27,850 bases of DNA from Candidatus Methanomethylicia archaeon (lineage in GTDB: Archaea > Thermoproteota > Methanomethylicia > CALHIW01): contig JAWBQF010000001.1 of assembly GCA_038845975.1 (NCBI GenBank), forward strand, positions 96,743 to 124,592, given 5' to 3'. Below the pieces are notes generated by a model. The model made no database searches. It saw nothing but the letters and a program-made list of their open reading frames with translations, and was not told where the DNA came from. Shown here one piece after another: positions 9,368 to 17,660 of the stretch. The position numbers and the translations under genes were made by a program. Every line of letters begins with the position of its first letter. Within the stretch, counting starts at the first letter, position 1.

Positions 9368-9387
9368 TGAGTAGGTTAGGGTAATTT

Positions 9388-10182
9388 GTGAGTAATAATG
9401 CTTTAGAGCTAGGTAGAATTATATTCATACCTAATATGGATATATACGGGTTTAATATAAGAATAACTGATAAAGTTGGGGTGGAGGTAAATATATTAGC
9501 TACTCTTAAGAAGTATAGAGTCAACATAATCTATGCTTTAATATCCATATCACCTCAAAATATTAGCCAGAAACTTGGAGTATTTATATGTAATTTTACA
9601 GGTTTAGATGTTAAACCTGTAAATATTCTTGATGAAATCAAGAATATTGATGGTGTTATAGATGCTGAGATCATACAGCCTATTAAGAAAGGATTTATCA
9701 TTGATGATAGACATTTCCCACTATTTTTAGGCGGAGTTAGGACTGTAGTTTTTAGACAATTTATAGTTGAAGGATTACTGAAGAGGTTAAGGGAGCAGTA
9801 TGGTTCAGCCTTTGATATAATACTCTACCATCAAGGCTTCGAGACAGGTAAAGTAACATACAAATACTTTGAGGAGAACTATTGTCTAGGCGGTATTGAG
9901 GAGTTTATAAAAGCTGATACTGCAATTGCAAAGGCGGTAGGCTGGTATGAGCTAATCATTGAAAAAATAGATTTAAAGAATAGAGAAGCAAAAGTTATAT
10001 TAAAAGATTCTTTTGAATGTGTAATGTTTAAAGATTCAAAAACACCTAAATCCAGCTTTACTAGAGGATTTCTAGCGGGATTGTTTACAGAAATATTTAG
10101 AGTGAAAGCTCAAGCATACGAGACTAAATGTATAGCTATAGGAGACCCTTACTGTGAATTCCAAGTAAAAGTGGAACAGTAA
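9388..10182 (+). CDS. Putative ligand-binding protein: N-terminal ACT-like domain plus C-terminal V4R (4-vinyl reductase-type) domain
   Basis: 264-aa ORF with a GTG start. The C-terminal FTRGFLAGLFTEIFRVKAQAYETKCIAIGDPYCEFQV matches the V4R ending as I remember it (G-x-x-x-C-x-F). The N-terminal FNIRITDKVGVEVNILATLKKYRVNIIY resembles an ACT-type fold. Confidence 0.65.
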   Translation: MSNNALELGRIIFIPNMDIYGFNIRITDKVGVEVNILATLKKYRVNIIYALISISPQNISQKLGVFICNFTGLDVKPVNILDEIKNIDGVIDAEIIQPIKKGFIIDDRHFPLFLGGVRTVVFRQFIVEGLLKRLREQYGSAFDIILYHQGFETGKVTYKYFEENYCLGGIEEFIKADTAIAKAVGWYELIIEKIDLKNREAKVILKDSFECVMFKDSKTPKSSFTRGFLAGLFTEIFRVKAQAYETKCIAIGDPYCEFQVKVEQ

Positions 10183-10210
10183 CATTATAGATACTAGTAG
10201 CTTAAGCGTC

Positions 10211-10250
10211 AGATTTTATTATTAGTGATTCTTAACTAATAATAAAATCT
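10211..10250. terminator. Candidate bidirectional terminator: 16-bp perfect inverted repeat with T-tracts on both strands
   Basis: agattttattattagt (10211-10226) and actaataataaaatct (10235-10250) are exact reverse complements around an 8-nt loop. Each strand reads TTTTATTATT, an oligo-T signal of the archaeal kind. It lies between the convergent V4R gene (stop 10182) and pth2, overlapping the pth2 stop codon by 2 nt. Confidence 0.5.
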
Positions 10251-10596
10251 AAAGTAGCTTAAGATTACCTGTTACTCTATCTAAAACATTATCTAATGCA
10301 GGACCTATACCTACTGCTGTTATTGTTCCAGGTTTAAGCTGTGTTAAGCCAGCATCTTCAATAATAGCTATAGGTAATCCTTCATTTTCGGCTTTTCTCA
10401 CCACATCTAAAAGCTCATCTAAACTATTAGCTTTCAAAACAATTTTCCTTTGACCCTCAGAAAGCCAAGTATCAACCAATTCAGGATTTCTACGTTTAGC
10501 CTCAAGAAATGCTGCTAGAGATGCATGAGCTACCTGTACTGCAATCTTTCCCTTACCCATATCAAGATCAGCTCGTACAACTATAACCTGCTTCAT
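10249..10596 (-). CDS. pth2: Peptidyl-tRNA hydrolase, archaeal Pth2 type
   Basis: 115-aa ORF: KQVIVVRADLDMGKGKIAVQVAHASL...IEDAGLTQLKPGTITAVGIGP is the characteristic Pth2 sequence. Confidence 0.9.
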   Translation of the reverse strand: MKQVIVVRADLDMGKGKIAVQVAHASLAAFLEAKRRNPELVDTWLSEGQRKIVLKANSLDELLDVVRKAENEGLPIAIIEDAGLTQLKPGTITAVGIGPALDNVLDRVTGNLKLL

Positions 10597-10694
10597 AATA
10601 TTACTCCAATATCTAGAAGCTATTAAGCCTTACTCAAATAAAGTAAACACAATTAAGATTATGTTTCAGTTAGATTTATTAAGTCTATTAAATT

Positions 10695-11453
10695 ATGATT
10701 TCTATGAGTGAACAGACTGGAAATGTTAAGGTTGTTGTAGTTTTCCCTACAAGAAATGAAGAGAAAACAATAACCACATGTATTGAAGCTGCTAAGAAGA
10801 GTAAGTATAATCCTTTAGTTCTAGTTGTTAATGGACATTCAACAGATCATACTCGCGAATTAGCTGAAAAATCCGGAGCTGAAGTAGTTTTAACATCTAA
10901 ACGTATGCATCCAGGGAAAGGATTAGCTATGAAGACAGGTATTGCGGAGGCTCTTAAGAAGAATCCAGACGTAATTGTTTTTCTAGATGCTGATATTGAA
11001 AATCTAACACATGAATGGATTGATAAACTTGTTGACTGTATTACTGTTGAGGGTTATGATATAGCTAGAGGAGCATACTTTAGAGCACCGCAAGATGCAC
11101 CTGTAACAAAACTTGTTGCTAAGAGGCTATTATGGATATTTTTCCCTGAAATCTCACATTTCGAACAGCCTCTTACAGGCGAGGTAGCGGCTAAAGCTGA
11201 AGTCTGGAAAACACTTCTTGAAAAGAATTTACCTGATGGATGGGGTATAGATGTTGCAATTCTTATTGAAACTGAAATGATGGGCTATCGAATTAAGGAG
11301 GTATTCTTAGGGTTTAAACAGCATCGCTCATACCGCTCCTATATTGAGGATGTTGGAAAACTTGGAAGAATGAGTGAACAAGTTGCAGCTACAATAATTA
11401 AGCTTGCGAAGAAATATGGAAGAATTGATAATGTAGATGTAATACCAACATGA
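10695..11453 (+). CDS. Family GT2/GT81 glycosyltransferase resembling glucosyl-3-phosphoglycerate synthase (GpgS-like)
   Basis: 252-aa ORF. Motifs: VVVVFPTRNEEKTI, GHSTDHTRELAEKSGAEVV, GKGLAMKTGI, FLDADIENL. Then PVTKLVAKRLLWIFFPEISHFEQPLTGEVAAKAEVW...GWGIDVAILIE...FLGFKQHRS, which parallels the GpgS pattern I recall. The real start may be Met4 (10704), which sits about 25 bp from the atttattaag box at 10674-10683. Confidence 0.65.
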   Translation: MISMSEQTGNVKVVVVFPTRNEEKTITTCIEAAKKSKYNPLVLVVNGHSTDHTRELAEKSGAEVVLTSKRMHPGKGLAMKTGIAEALKKNPDVIVFLDADIENLTHEWIDKLVDCITVEGYDIARGAYFRAPQDAPVTKLVAKRLLWIFFPEISHFEQPLTGEVAAKAEVWKTLLEKNLPDGWGIDVAILIETEMMGYRIKEVFLGFKQHRSYRSYIEDVGKLGRMSEQVAATIIKLAKKYGRIDNVDVIPT

Positions 11454-12072
11454 TTAACTAGAAAACAAAGTAAGCTAATCATAAATGAGTATTAAAAACA
11501 CCACGTTAGAATAAGCTTTACATCTACCTCTACATGTCCTGTCGGCTTCAGATGCTTTGCACCGTTTTCACGCCTCTATTGCCGGACTTCATTTTATCTA
11601 TTCTTTACTTTCTACATGATATTGATTATTAGTAATACTTATCCAATTTAATAAGTCATGTATGCTATATTATCTCCTAGCATGCTCTAATAGCTTCCTA
11701 CATTTACGCTATGTTTCTAATAGAGTTTCTAAGCATCTCATTTACTCTCTACAATATCTTGTATCTATTAACCTTAATCCTCATCTAAAGCTATAGCTCC
11801 CTAAGATTTTAATGGATTCATATCTATCTTCCTAAACTTATTTATCCTTACAAATAGCTTCTTAGAAAACTATGATCAAATAATGCTTTAAAACCTACTT
11901 AAACATCTAGTATGAATGTTATACCAAGAATCTTAACCTAATGGAATCTTACTTCTCTCAAATATTCCAGGATTCCTACTAAGTACCTAATTAAACAAAC
12001 AATAAAATGTTTAAAATGGATTAAAATAGAAACATAGGAACTATTATGTTTTAAGTTACAGGTATTCTATAG

Positions 12073-12966
12073 CTAGTTTACACTATGTTTTAAAGTTGAT
12101 CGTATAATGTAGTTTTTCCTTCTACATATTGGAAGAAGGAATAGAGCTTTATGAGTAGCGCCTGAGTAGAAGTAGGTTTTAACATTACGTATTTTAAGCC
12201 GATCATTGATGTCCTCGATAGTTAAAGATGCTGGATCATATTTTTTCGATCCTATAATAAAGTTGCAAGCATAACCAAACGATGGTATCCATACATTGTA
12301 TTCACGAACTATAGGGAATACTGAATTAATATTTTGAAGTATAAAGTCATATGTTTCCTCGTAGTAGAATGAATTACCAGCTTGTGTAACCATTAAACCA
12401 TCATCAGTTAAGACTTTATAAACCTCTCTATAGAATTGACCAGTATATAGCTCACGAGCTATTTCCGGACCATAGGGATCTGTAAGGTCTATAACTACTA
12501 CATCAAATATGTTATTAGTTACCTTTACATATTCCTTACCATCCATAATTATTTTTTCAGCCCGACTATCTTTAAATGATCCCTGATGCATAACTTCAAG
12601 ATCTCTTTCAGCATAGTTAACAAGTTCACCATCTATATCAACCATAACAGCTCTACTAACTGTTGAATGTTTAAGAACTTCCCTTAATGTTGCTCCTTCA
12701 CCACCACCTATAATTAAGATGTTTCTAGGTTCTACATGGGTAGTCATTATGGGATGAGTAAGCGATTCATGATATATGTATTCATCAGCTTCAGTTGACT
12801 GAACAAGATCATCAAGTACTAAGGCTCTTCCATACTCGTCAAACTCTACTATAATTAGATTCTGATATTTTGTTTTGACGTTAGTAATAACTCTCCTTAA
12901 TTTCATCATTAATGCAGTACCTTCCGAAACAGATTGTAGTAGTACAACTGGTCTAGGTAACACCAT
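12073..12966 (-). CDS. speE: Spermidine synthase / polyamine aminopropyltransferase
   Basis: 297-aa ORF. Motifs: KYQNLIIVEFDEYGRALVLDD, DEYIYHESLTHP, ILIIGGGEGATLREVLKH, VMVDIDGELV, DVVVIDLTDP. Confidence 0.9.
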   Translation of the reverse strand: MVLPRPVVLLQSVSEGTALMMKLRRVITNVKTKYQNLIIVEFDEYGRALVLDDLVQSTEADEYIYHESLTHPIMTTHVEPRNILIIGGGEGATLREVLKHSTVSRAVMVDIDGELVNYAERDLEVMHQGSFKDSRAEKIIMDGKEYVKVTNNIFDVVVIDLTDPYGPEIARELYTGQFYREVYKVLTDDGLMVTQAGNSFYYEETYDFILQNINSVFPIVREYNVWIPSFGYACNFIIGSKKYDPASLTIEDINDRLKIRNVKTYFYSGATHKALFLLPICRRKNYIIRSTLKHSVN

Positions 12967-12988
12967 ATAAACCCTAACTAAAAACTAT

Positions 12989-12996
12989 TATTTAAA
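12989..12996 (-). promoter_or_regulatory. TATA box (tttaaata on the minus strand) for speE
   Basis: Box centre is about 26 bp upstream of the ATG at 12966, supporting the longest ORF start as a leaderless start. Confidence 0.4.
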
Positions 12997-13485
12997 CTAT
13001 TCTCAAAACATTAGGGCTCTGTGAACTTTAGACATGATAAGTATATATGGTTAATGGCTTAAGTTCATAAAGCCAGTATTAGAATGAAGCAATTCAATAA
13101 TGGTTTAAGCCTGCTAAAATTTTCCACCTATAAATTCTACAATGCTTTATAAGTCTATATGATAACAAATCAGAAATTCATCCAATGGAAGAGATTATAC
13201 TGATTCTAGAAGCTGTAAATTAGTAAAGCTAATTACTCTACTTAAGGGTGGGATAGCTATAATGTTAGCCATTATAGTAGTTCATGAACTTTATACTTTA
13301 CCCTCTATGAATTAGCCTGGAACTTTACTGTAATGTCGATAGAGAATTCCTTAAGGATTTCATATGATCCTAAAGAAGGAAATAGAATTTAACATAACAG
13401 TAAACTACTACATGAATATATGAAGTTTCCAAACTACTATTAGTAAGCATCTCCTAAATAATTCTACTTAGTGTAGCTATAGATT

Positions 13486-16400
13486 CTACCATTCTGCATT
13501 TATTATCTTATGATATTCTTGAAGAGATATAACTGTGTAATCCTTAATACTTAGTCCTTTAACAAGTTCTTTTGCAACGCTTACTGTAGTTATTACTGGA
13601 ATAGCCATCTCCACAGCTTTTCTTCTAATCGTATACTCATCCATCATCACATTTTCATACTCCTCGATTTTTTCAGTAGCTGGAATATTGATTACTAGAT
13701 CTATTTTCCTATTGATTATATAGCTTAGAATATTTGGTTCTTTTTTCTCGCTAACTTTGTAAAGTGTCTTTACAGGTATTCCCCTACTTCTGAAATAGAA
13801 TGCTGTTCCAGGAGTGCAGTATATCTTATATCCTAATCTTTGAAGTTCTTTAACTATTGGTAGCATTTCTTCTTTAAGCTCATCGGTTCCTACACTTACA
13901 AGTATGGAGCCTTTAGGATTGGGTATTTTTAAGCCAACAGCTTGTGAAGCCTTCATTAACGCTTCATGAAGACTCCATCCTATACATGCAACTTCACCTG
14001 TGGACTTCATTTCAACACCTAGAATAGGATCTGCACCATCAATCTGCATGAAGGAGAATTGTGGAGCCTTAACACCAACATATGGTATAGTAGGATCACT
14101 AACTCCACTAATGCTTAAACCTAGAATAGCTTTTGCAGCATACTTCATAAGATTTACTCCCTTAACTTTAGATACGAAAGGCATTGATCTTGAAGCTCTA
14201 AGATTACATTCAATAACGTAAACTACATCGTCCTTCACTAAATACTGAATATTAAAAGGCCCCTTAACATTTAGTGCTTTAACAATTCTATACGTATACT
14301 CCTTAACCTTATCTATTAACTTCTTGGAGAGTCTTTGGGGAGGAATAACCATTATAGCATCACCGGAATGTATACCTGCAGGCTCAATATGTTCGATGAT
14401 AGCTCCTATAATAGTATTTACACCATCAGAGACGCCATCAACCTCAACCTCCATAGCGTTTGTTATGAATTTACTAATAACAACAGGATACTCTCTAGAA
14501 ATCTTAGCTGCTCTATAGAGATAACTTTCAAGCTGCTTTGAGTTCCAAGCAACCTTCATAGCAGTACCGCTTAAAACATAGGATGGCCTAACAAGAACAG
14601 GATAGCCGATTTTGGAGGAAAATTCTTTAGCCTCATTTATAGAGGTAAACTTAGCCCATGGAGGCTGAGGAATACTTAAAGAATCTAGGAGAGCACTAAA
14701 TTTAGCTCTATCCTCAGCCCTATCAACATCCTCTCCACGAGTTCCAAGAATTTTAATACCTGCTTCAGCAAGCTTAGGAGCGAGATTATTAGCAGTTTGA
14801 CCGCCAACACATGCTACAATACCTAGGGGATTCTCCTTCTCATAGATGTCTAAAACTCTTTCAAAAGTTAACTCTTCAAAGTATAATTTATCACTCATAT
14901 CATAGTCTGTTGAAACTGTTTCAGGATTACAATTAATAACGATAACCTCATCTATACCTAGATCTTTAAGAGCCCAAACCATATTCATAGTGCACCAGTC
15001 AAACTCTACTGAGCTACCAATACGATAGGTACCAGCACCTAACACTATGATTTTCCTATACTTTTTAAATTCAATATCGTCCTCAGATCCGCCGTAAGTT
15101 AAGTATAGATAGTTTGTTTTAGCAGGCCATTCAGCAGCTAAAGTATCGATTTGTTTAACAACGGGGGTAATACCATGCTTCTTTCTTAAACTTCTAACTT
15201 CAAACTCACTTAAACCAGTAATCTCACCAATCTGCTTATCTGAGAATCCTAGCCTCTTAGCTTCATGAACAACTTTAATAGCCTCTATACTGTTCATATC
15301 TCTTATTCTTCTAAGCTTCTCTTCAATATCAACTATGTTTTTAAGCTTCCAGATAAACCATGAATCAATCCATGTAAGCCTACTAATTCTCTCAACGCTT
15401 AAACCCATTTTTAAAGCTTTAATAATTGTGAAGAGTATTTCATCAGTTGGATTGGAGAGTTCATGTTCAATAAGCTCTATAGAGTGAGGTGAAGCATCAA
15501 TAGTTAAACCATTAAATCCTAAGTCAAGCATACGTATAGCCTTCTGAATAGCCTCCTCGAAACATCTACCAATAGCCATAACTTCACCGACAGATTTCAT
15601 TTGAGTTCTTAAGCGTCGATCAGCCATTTCAAACTTTGATAAATCCCATCTTGGAACTTTAACAACAACATAGTCAAGAGAGGGTTCAAAACATGCAGTT
15701 GTAATATTTGTAACTTTATTTAGAAGCTCAGGTAGAGTGTAGCCTATAGCAAGCTTAGCAGCCATATAGGCTAGAGGATAACCAGTAGCTTTAGAAGCTA
15801 AAGCAGAAGATCTTGAAAGTCTTGGATTAATCTCAATAACATAGTATTTCTCTGAGGTGGGATCTAATGCAAGCTGAACATTACACTCCCCAACAACTCC
15901 ACATGCTCTAGTGGCTTTAATTGATATATCTCTAAGTAGATAGTACTCCCTATTATTAAGAGTTTGGGAGGGAGCAATAACAATATTATCACCTGTATGA
16001 ACTCTCATTCCCAACATATTCTCCATATTACATACTGTAATACAGTTATCATTATAATCCCTCATAACCTCATACTCGATCTGCTTCCACCACCCAACAT
16101 ACTCCTCAATTAAAACCTGACCAATAAGACTATTAGCAATCCCTCTTCTAACAATTTCATCAAGCTCATAGGCGTTATAAGCAACACCTCCACCTCTACC
16201 TCCAAGATTATAGGCAACCCTAACAATAACGGGATATCCTATCTCTTCAGCAGCTTCTAAAGCATCCTTAACATTCCAAGCAGCCTTACTTTTAGGCATC
16301 AGTATACCATGCTTAAACATTGTTTCCCTAAACAGTTCACGATTAGAGGCTATATTAATACTTTCAATAGATGTACCTAAAACCTTAACATTATATCTAT

Positions 16401-16728
16401 CAAGAACACCACTCCTATAAAGCTCAAACCCACAGTTTAGAGCTGTCTGACCGCCAAACCCAAGTAGAATACCGTCAGGACGCTCCTTCTCAATAATCTT
16501 CTCAACAAAACTAGCTACTACAGGAACAAGATAAACCTTATCAGCCATTTTAGGATCTGTTTGAATAGTAGCAATATTAGGATTAACAAGAATAGTTTCA
16601 ATACCCTCCTCCCTTAATGCTTTAAGGGCCTGGGAACCTGAATAATCAAACTCTCCACATTCACCTATTTTTAGACTTCCAGATCCAAGTATAAGAGCTC
16701 TACGAATCCACTCGAACTTTGACATCAT
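13486..16728 (-). CDS. carB: Carbamoyl-phosphate synthase large subunit
   Basis: 1080-aa ORF with two ATP-grasp halves (ILGSGSLKIGECGEFDYSGSQA... and VLGAGTYRIGSSVEFDWC...) and a C-terminal MGS-like domain. Unmistakable CarB. Confidence 0.97.
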   Translation of the reverse strand: MMSKFEWIRRALILGSGSLKIGECGEFDYSGSQALKALREEGIETILVNPNIATIQTDPKMADKVYLVPVVASFVEKIIEKERPDGILLGFGGQTALNCGFELYRSGVLDRYNVKVLGTSIESINIASNRELFRETMFKHGILMPKSKAAWNVKDALEAAEEIGYPVIVRVAYNLGGRGGGVAYNAYELDEIVRRGIANSLIGQVLIEEYVGWWKQIEYEVMRDYNDNCITVCNMENMLGMRVHTGDNIVIAPSQTLNNREYYLLRDISIKATRACGVVGECNVQLALDPTSEKYYVIEINPRLSRSSALASKATGYPLAYMAAKLAIGYTLPELLNKVTNITTACFEPSLDYVVVKVPRWDLSKFEMADRRLRTQMKSVGEVMAIGRCFEEAIQKAIRMLDLGFNGLTIDASPHSIELIEHELSNPTDEILFTIIKALKMGLSVERISRLTWIDSWFIWKLKNIVDIEEKLRRIRDMNSIEAIKVVHEAKRLGFSDKQIGEITGLSEFEVRSLRKKHGITPVVKQIDTLAAEWPAKTNYLYLTYGGSEDDIEFKKYRKIIVLGAGTYRIGSSVEFDWCTMNMVWALKDLGIDEVIVINCNPETVSTDYDMSDKLYFEELTFERVLDIYEKENPLGIVACVGGQTANNLAPKLAEAGIKILGTRGEDVDRAEDRAKFSALLDSLSIPQPPWAKFTSINEAKEFSSKIGYPVLVRPSYVLSGTAMKVAWNSKQLESYLYRAAKISREYPVVISKFITNAMEVEVDGVSDGVNTIIGAIIEHIEPAGIHSGDAIMVIPPQRLSKKLIDKVKEYTYRIVKALNVKGPFNIQYLVKDDVVYVIECNLRASRSMPFVSKVKGVNLMKYAAKAILGLSISGVSDPTIPYVGVKAPQFSFMQIDGADPILGVEMKSTGEVACIGWSLHEALMKASQAVGLKIPNPKGSILVSVGTDELKEEMLPIVKELQRLGYKIYCTPGTAFYFRSRGIPVKTLYKVSEKKEPNILSYIINRKIDLVINIPATEKIEEYENVMMDEYTIRRKAVEMAIPVITTVSVAKELVKGLSIKDYTVISLQEYHKIINAEW

Positions 16729-16746
16729 AAATACATGAGAAAAAAG

Positions 16747-16753
16747 TATAAAA
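16747..16753 (-). promoter_or_regulatory. TATA-like box (ttttata on the minus strand) for carB
   Basis: Box centre is 22-25 bp upstream of the tandem ATG ATG at 16728/16725. This implies carB has its own promoter rather than depending on carA. Confidence 0.35.
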
Positions 16754-16972
16754 ACTTAATGTACTATATGAAACAACACCTAAATAGTTAATGTATTAAA
16801 CGTAATAGTTAATACCATAGAAATAATTCATCAATTCATAACTCAGTAAATATCTTAATTCTAAATAAGAACTTAAATACTAATAGCTGTACTGATGAGT
16901 TATTCTCATTCTAAACAATAGGCTTCATTCATGATGCCCTTCACGAATATCTTAATACTTAAGCTAAACGTA

Positions 16973-16982
16973 ATTATTAAAT
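16973..16982 (+). promoter_or_regulatory. TATA-like box (attattaaat) for the 218-aa orphan gene
   Basis: Box centre is about 26 bp upstream of the ATG at 17004. Confidence 0.3.
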
Positions 16983-17003
16983 TCTCTATTTTAAACTTTA
17001 ATT

Positions 17004-17660
17004 ATGAATACTTCAAAGTTTGAAGATGATCTTGAAGATATCCTGGATAAATTAAAAAACAGAATAGATAATAAAGCCTTAAATGAACTGGATAGAATTA
17101 GGAGGAAGCTAGTGGAGCTTTATTTAAGAGGTATTGTTAAAACAAATCATTCAGTTATGGAGTTTATAGTTTCATGGTTTCTATTGAAGAAAGGCTATGA
17201 AAAGGTTGATGTTGAGCTAAATGTTGCTAGCGATCTAGTATGTGATGTATATGGTGTAAGAGGGGACTCCTCAATAATTGTGGAGGTTGAAACCGGATTT
17301 ACACCTCCAGAACATAGCTTAGACCCTATAACATACAATAAAGTAAGAGTTATAAGTAAAATTACTAGGTATAGCCACTACGCAGATAAATTCAGCTTAG
17401 CAGTACCACCATACTATCTAATACTGGAAATACCATTATGCTTTGTAAAGCCTCCATCAGCAAGAAAACTAGATGAAATTATTAGAGTGAAAAAATTATG
17501 CGATATTTACTATAGAAATCCACCAGTAACTATAGAACAAATAAAATATGCTAAACTACATACAATAATCATAATAAACGTCGATGATTTAGAAGTAGAG
17601 GAAGCAGATCCTGAAAGCTATCTAGATGTTGTTCTAAACAGGTATTTCAGTATTAGCTAG
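17004..17660 (+). CDS. Hypothetical protein: N-terminal coiled-coil-like helix plus a possible PD-(D/E)xK-like nuclease core
   Basis: 218-aa ORF with no family I recognise. Residues 7-40 are charged and heptad-like (DDLEDILDKLKNRIDNKALNELDRIRRKLVELY). Residues 53-96 read EFIVSWFLLKKGYEKVDVELNVASDLVCDVYGVRGDSSIIVEVET, which resembles the helix-strand-strand-strand core of Hjc-like nucleases. The canonical Lys is replaced (EVET rather than EVK). Confidence 0.6.
   Translation: MNTSKFEDDLEDILDKLKNRIDNKALNELDRIRRKLVELYLRGIVKTNHSVMEFIVSWFLLKKGYEKVDVELNVASDLVCDVYGVRGDSSIIVEVETGFTPPEHSLDPITYNKVRVISKITRYSHYADKFSLAVPPYYLILEIPLCFVKPPSARKLDEIIRVKKLCDIYYRNPPVTIEQIKYAKLHTIIIINVDDLEVEEADPESYLDVVLNRYFSIS

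Noticed and set aside
11536-11592. The GC-rich island read on the minus strand as a C/D-box sRNA (AATGAAGT ... GTGA ... CTGA) or an H/ACA RNA (stem followed by ACA).
   Set aside because: The C box is imperfect and the box spacing (14 and 16 nt) does not fit the 12-nt guide rule. I found no convincing upper stem or K-turn. It is kept only as a generic structured-RNA candidate.
598-13080. The 11-mer aagccagtatt occurs three times in intergenic DNA (598-608, 4592-4602, 13070-13080). Two copies are flanked by ttcat...atgaa.
   Set aside because: A back-of-envelope estimate, assuming roughly one-third A and one-third T, predicts on the order of ten chance 11-mer triples in a window this size counting both strands. 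Flanking similarity is short. Not significant without a genome-wide count.
14000-14541. Three plus-strand ORFs (64-73 aa) lie inside carB. Similar antisense ORFs occur at 343-528, 945-1172, 1638-2118, 2238-2477, 3576-3863, 6343-6591, 7271-7951, 9336-9527, 18676-19308, 19691-19978, 22532-23465, 24878-25069, 25417-25635 and 26244-26453.
   Set aside because: All are embedded antisense or out of frame within longer ORFs that carry clear conserved-family motifs. None has a recognisable motif of its own.
16892-16917. CTGATGAG followed by a short GAG/CTC stem is reminiscent of a hammerhead ribozyme core or a C box, upstream of the orphan gene.
   Set aside because: The required GAAA element after stem II is absent (the sequence reads attctaaac). 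No downstream CTGA D box lies at a suitable distance.
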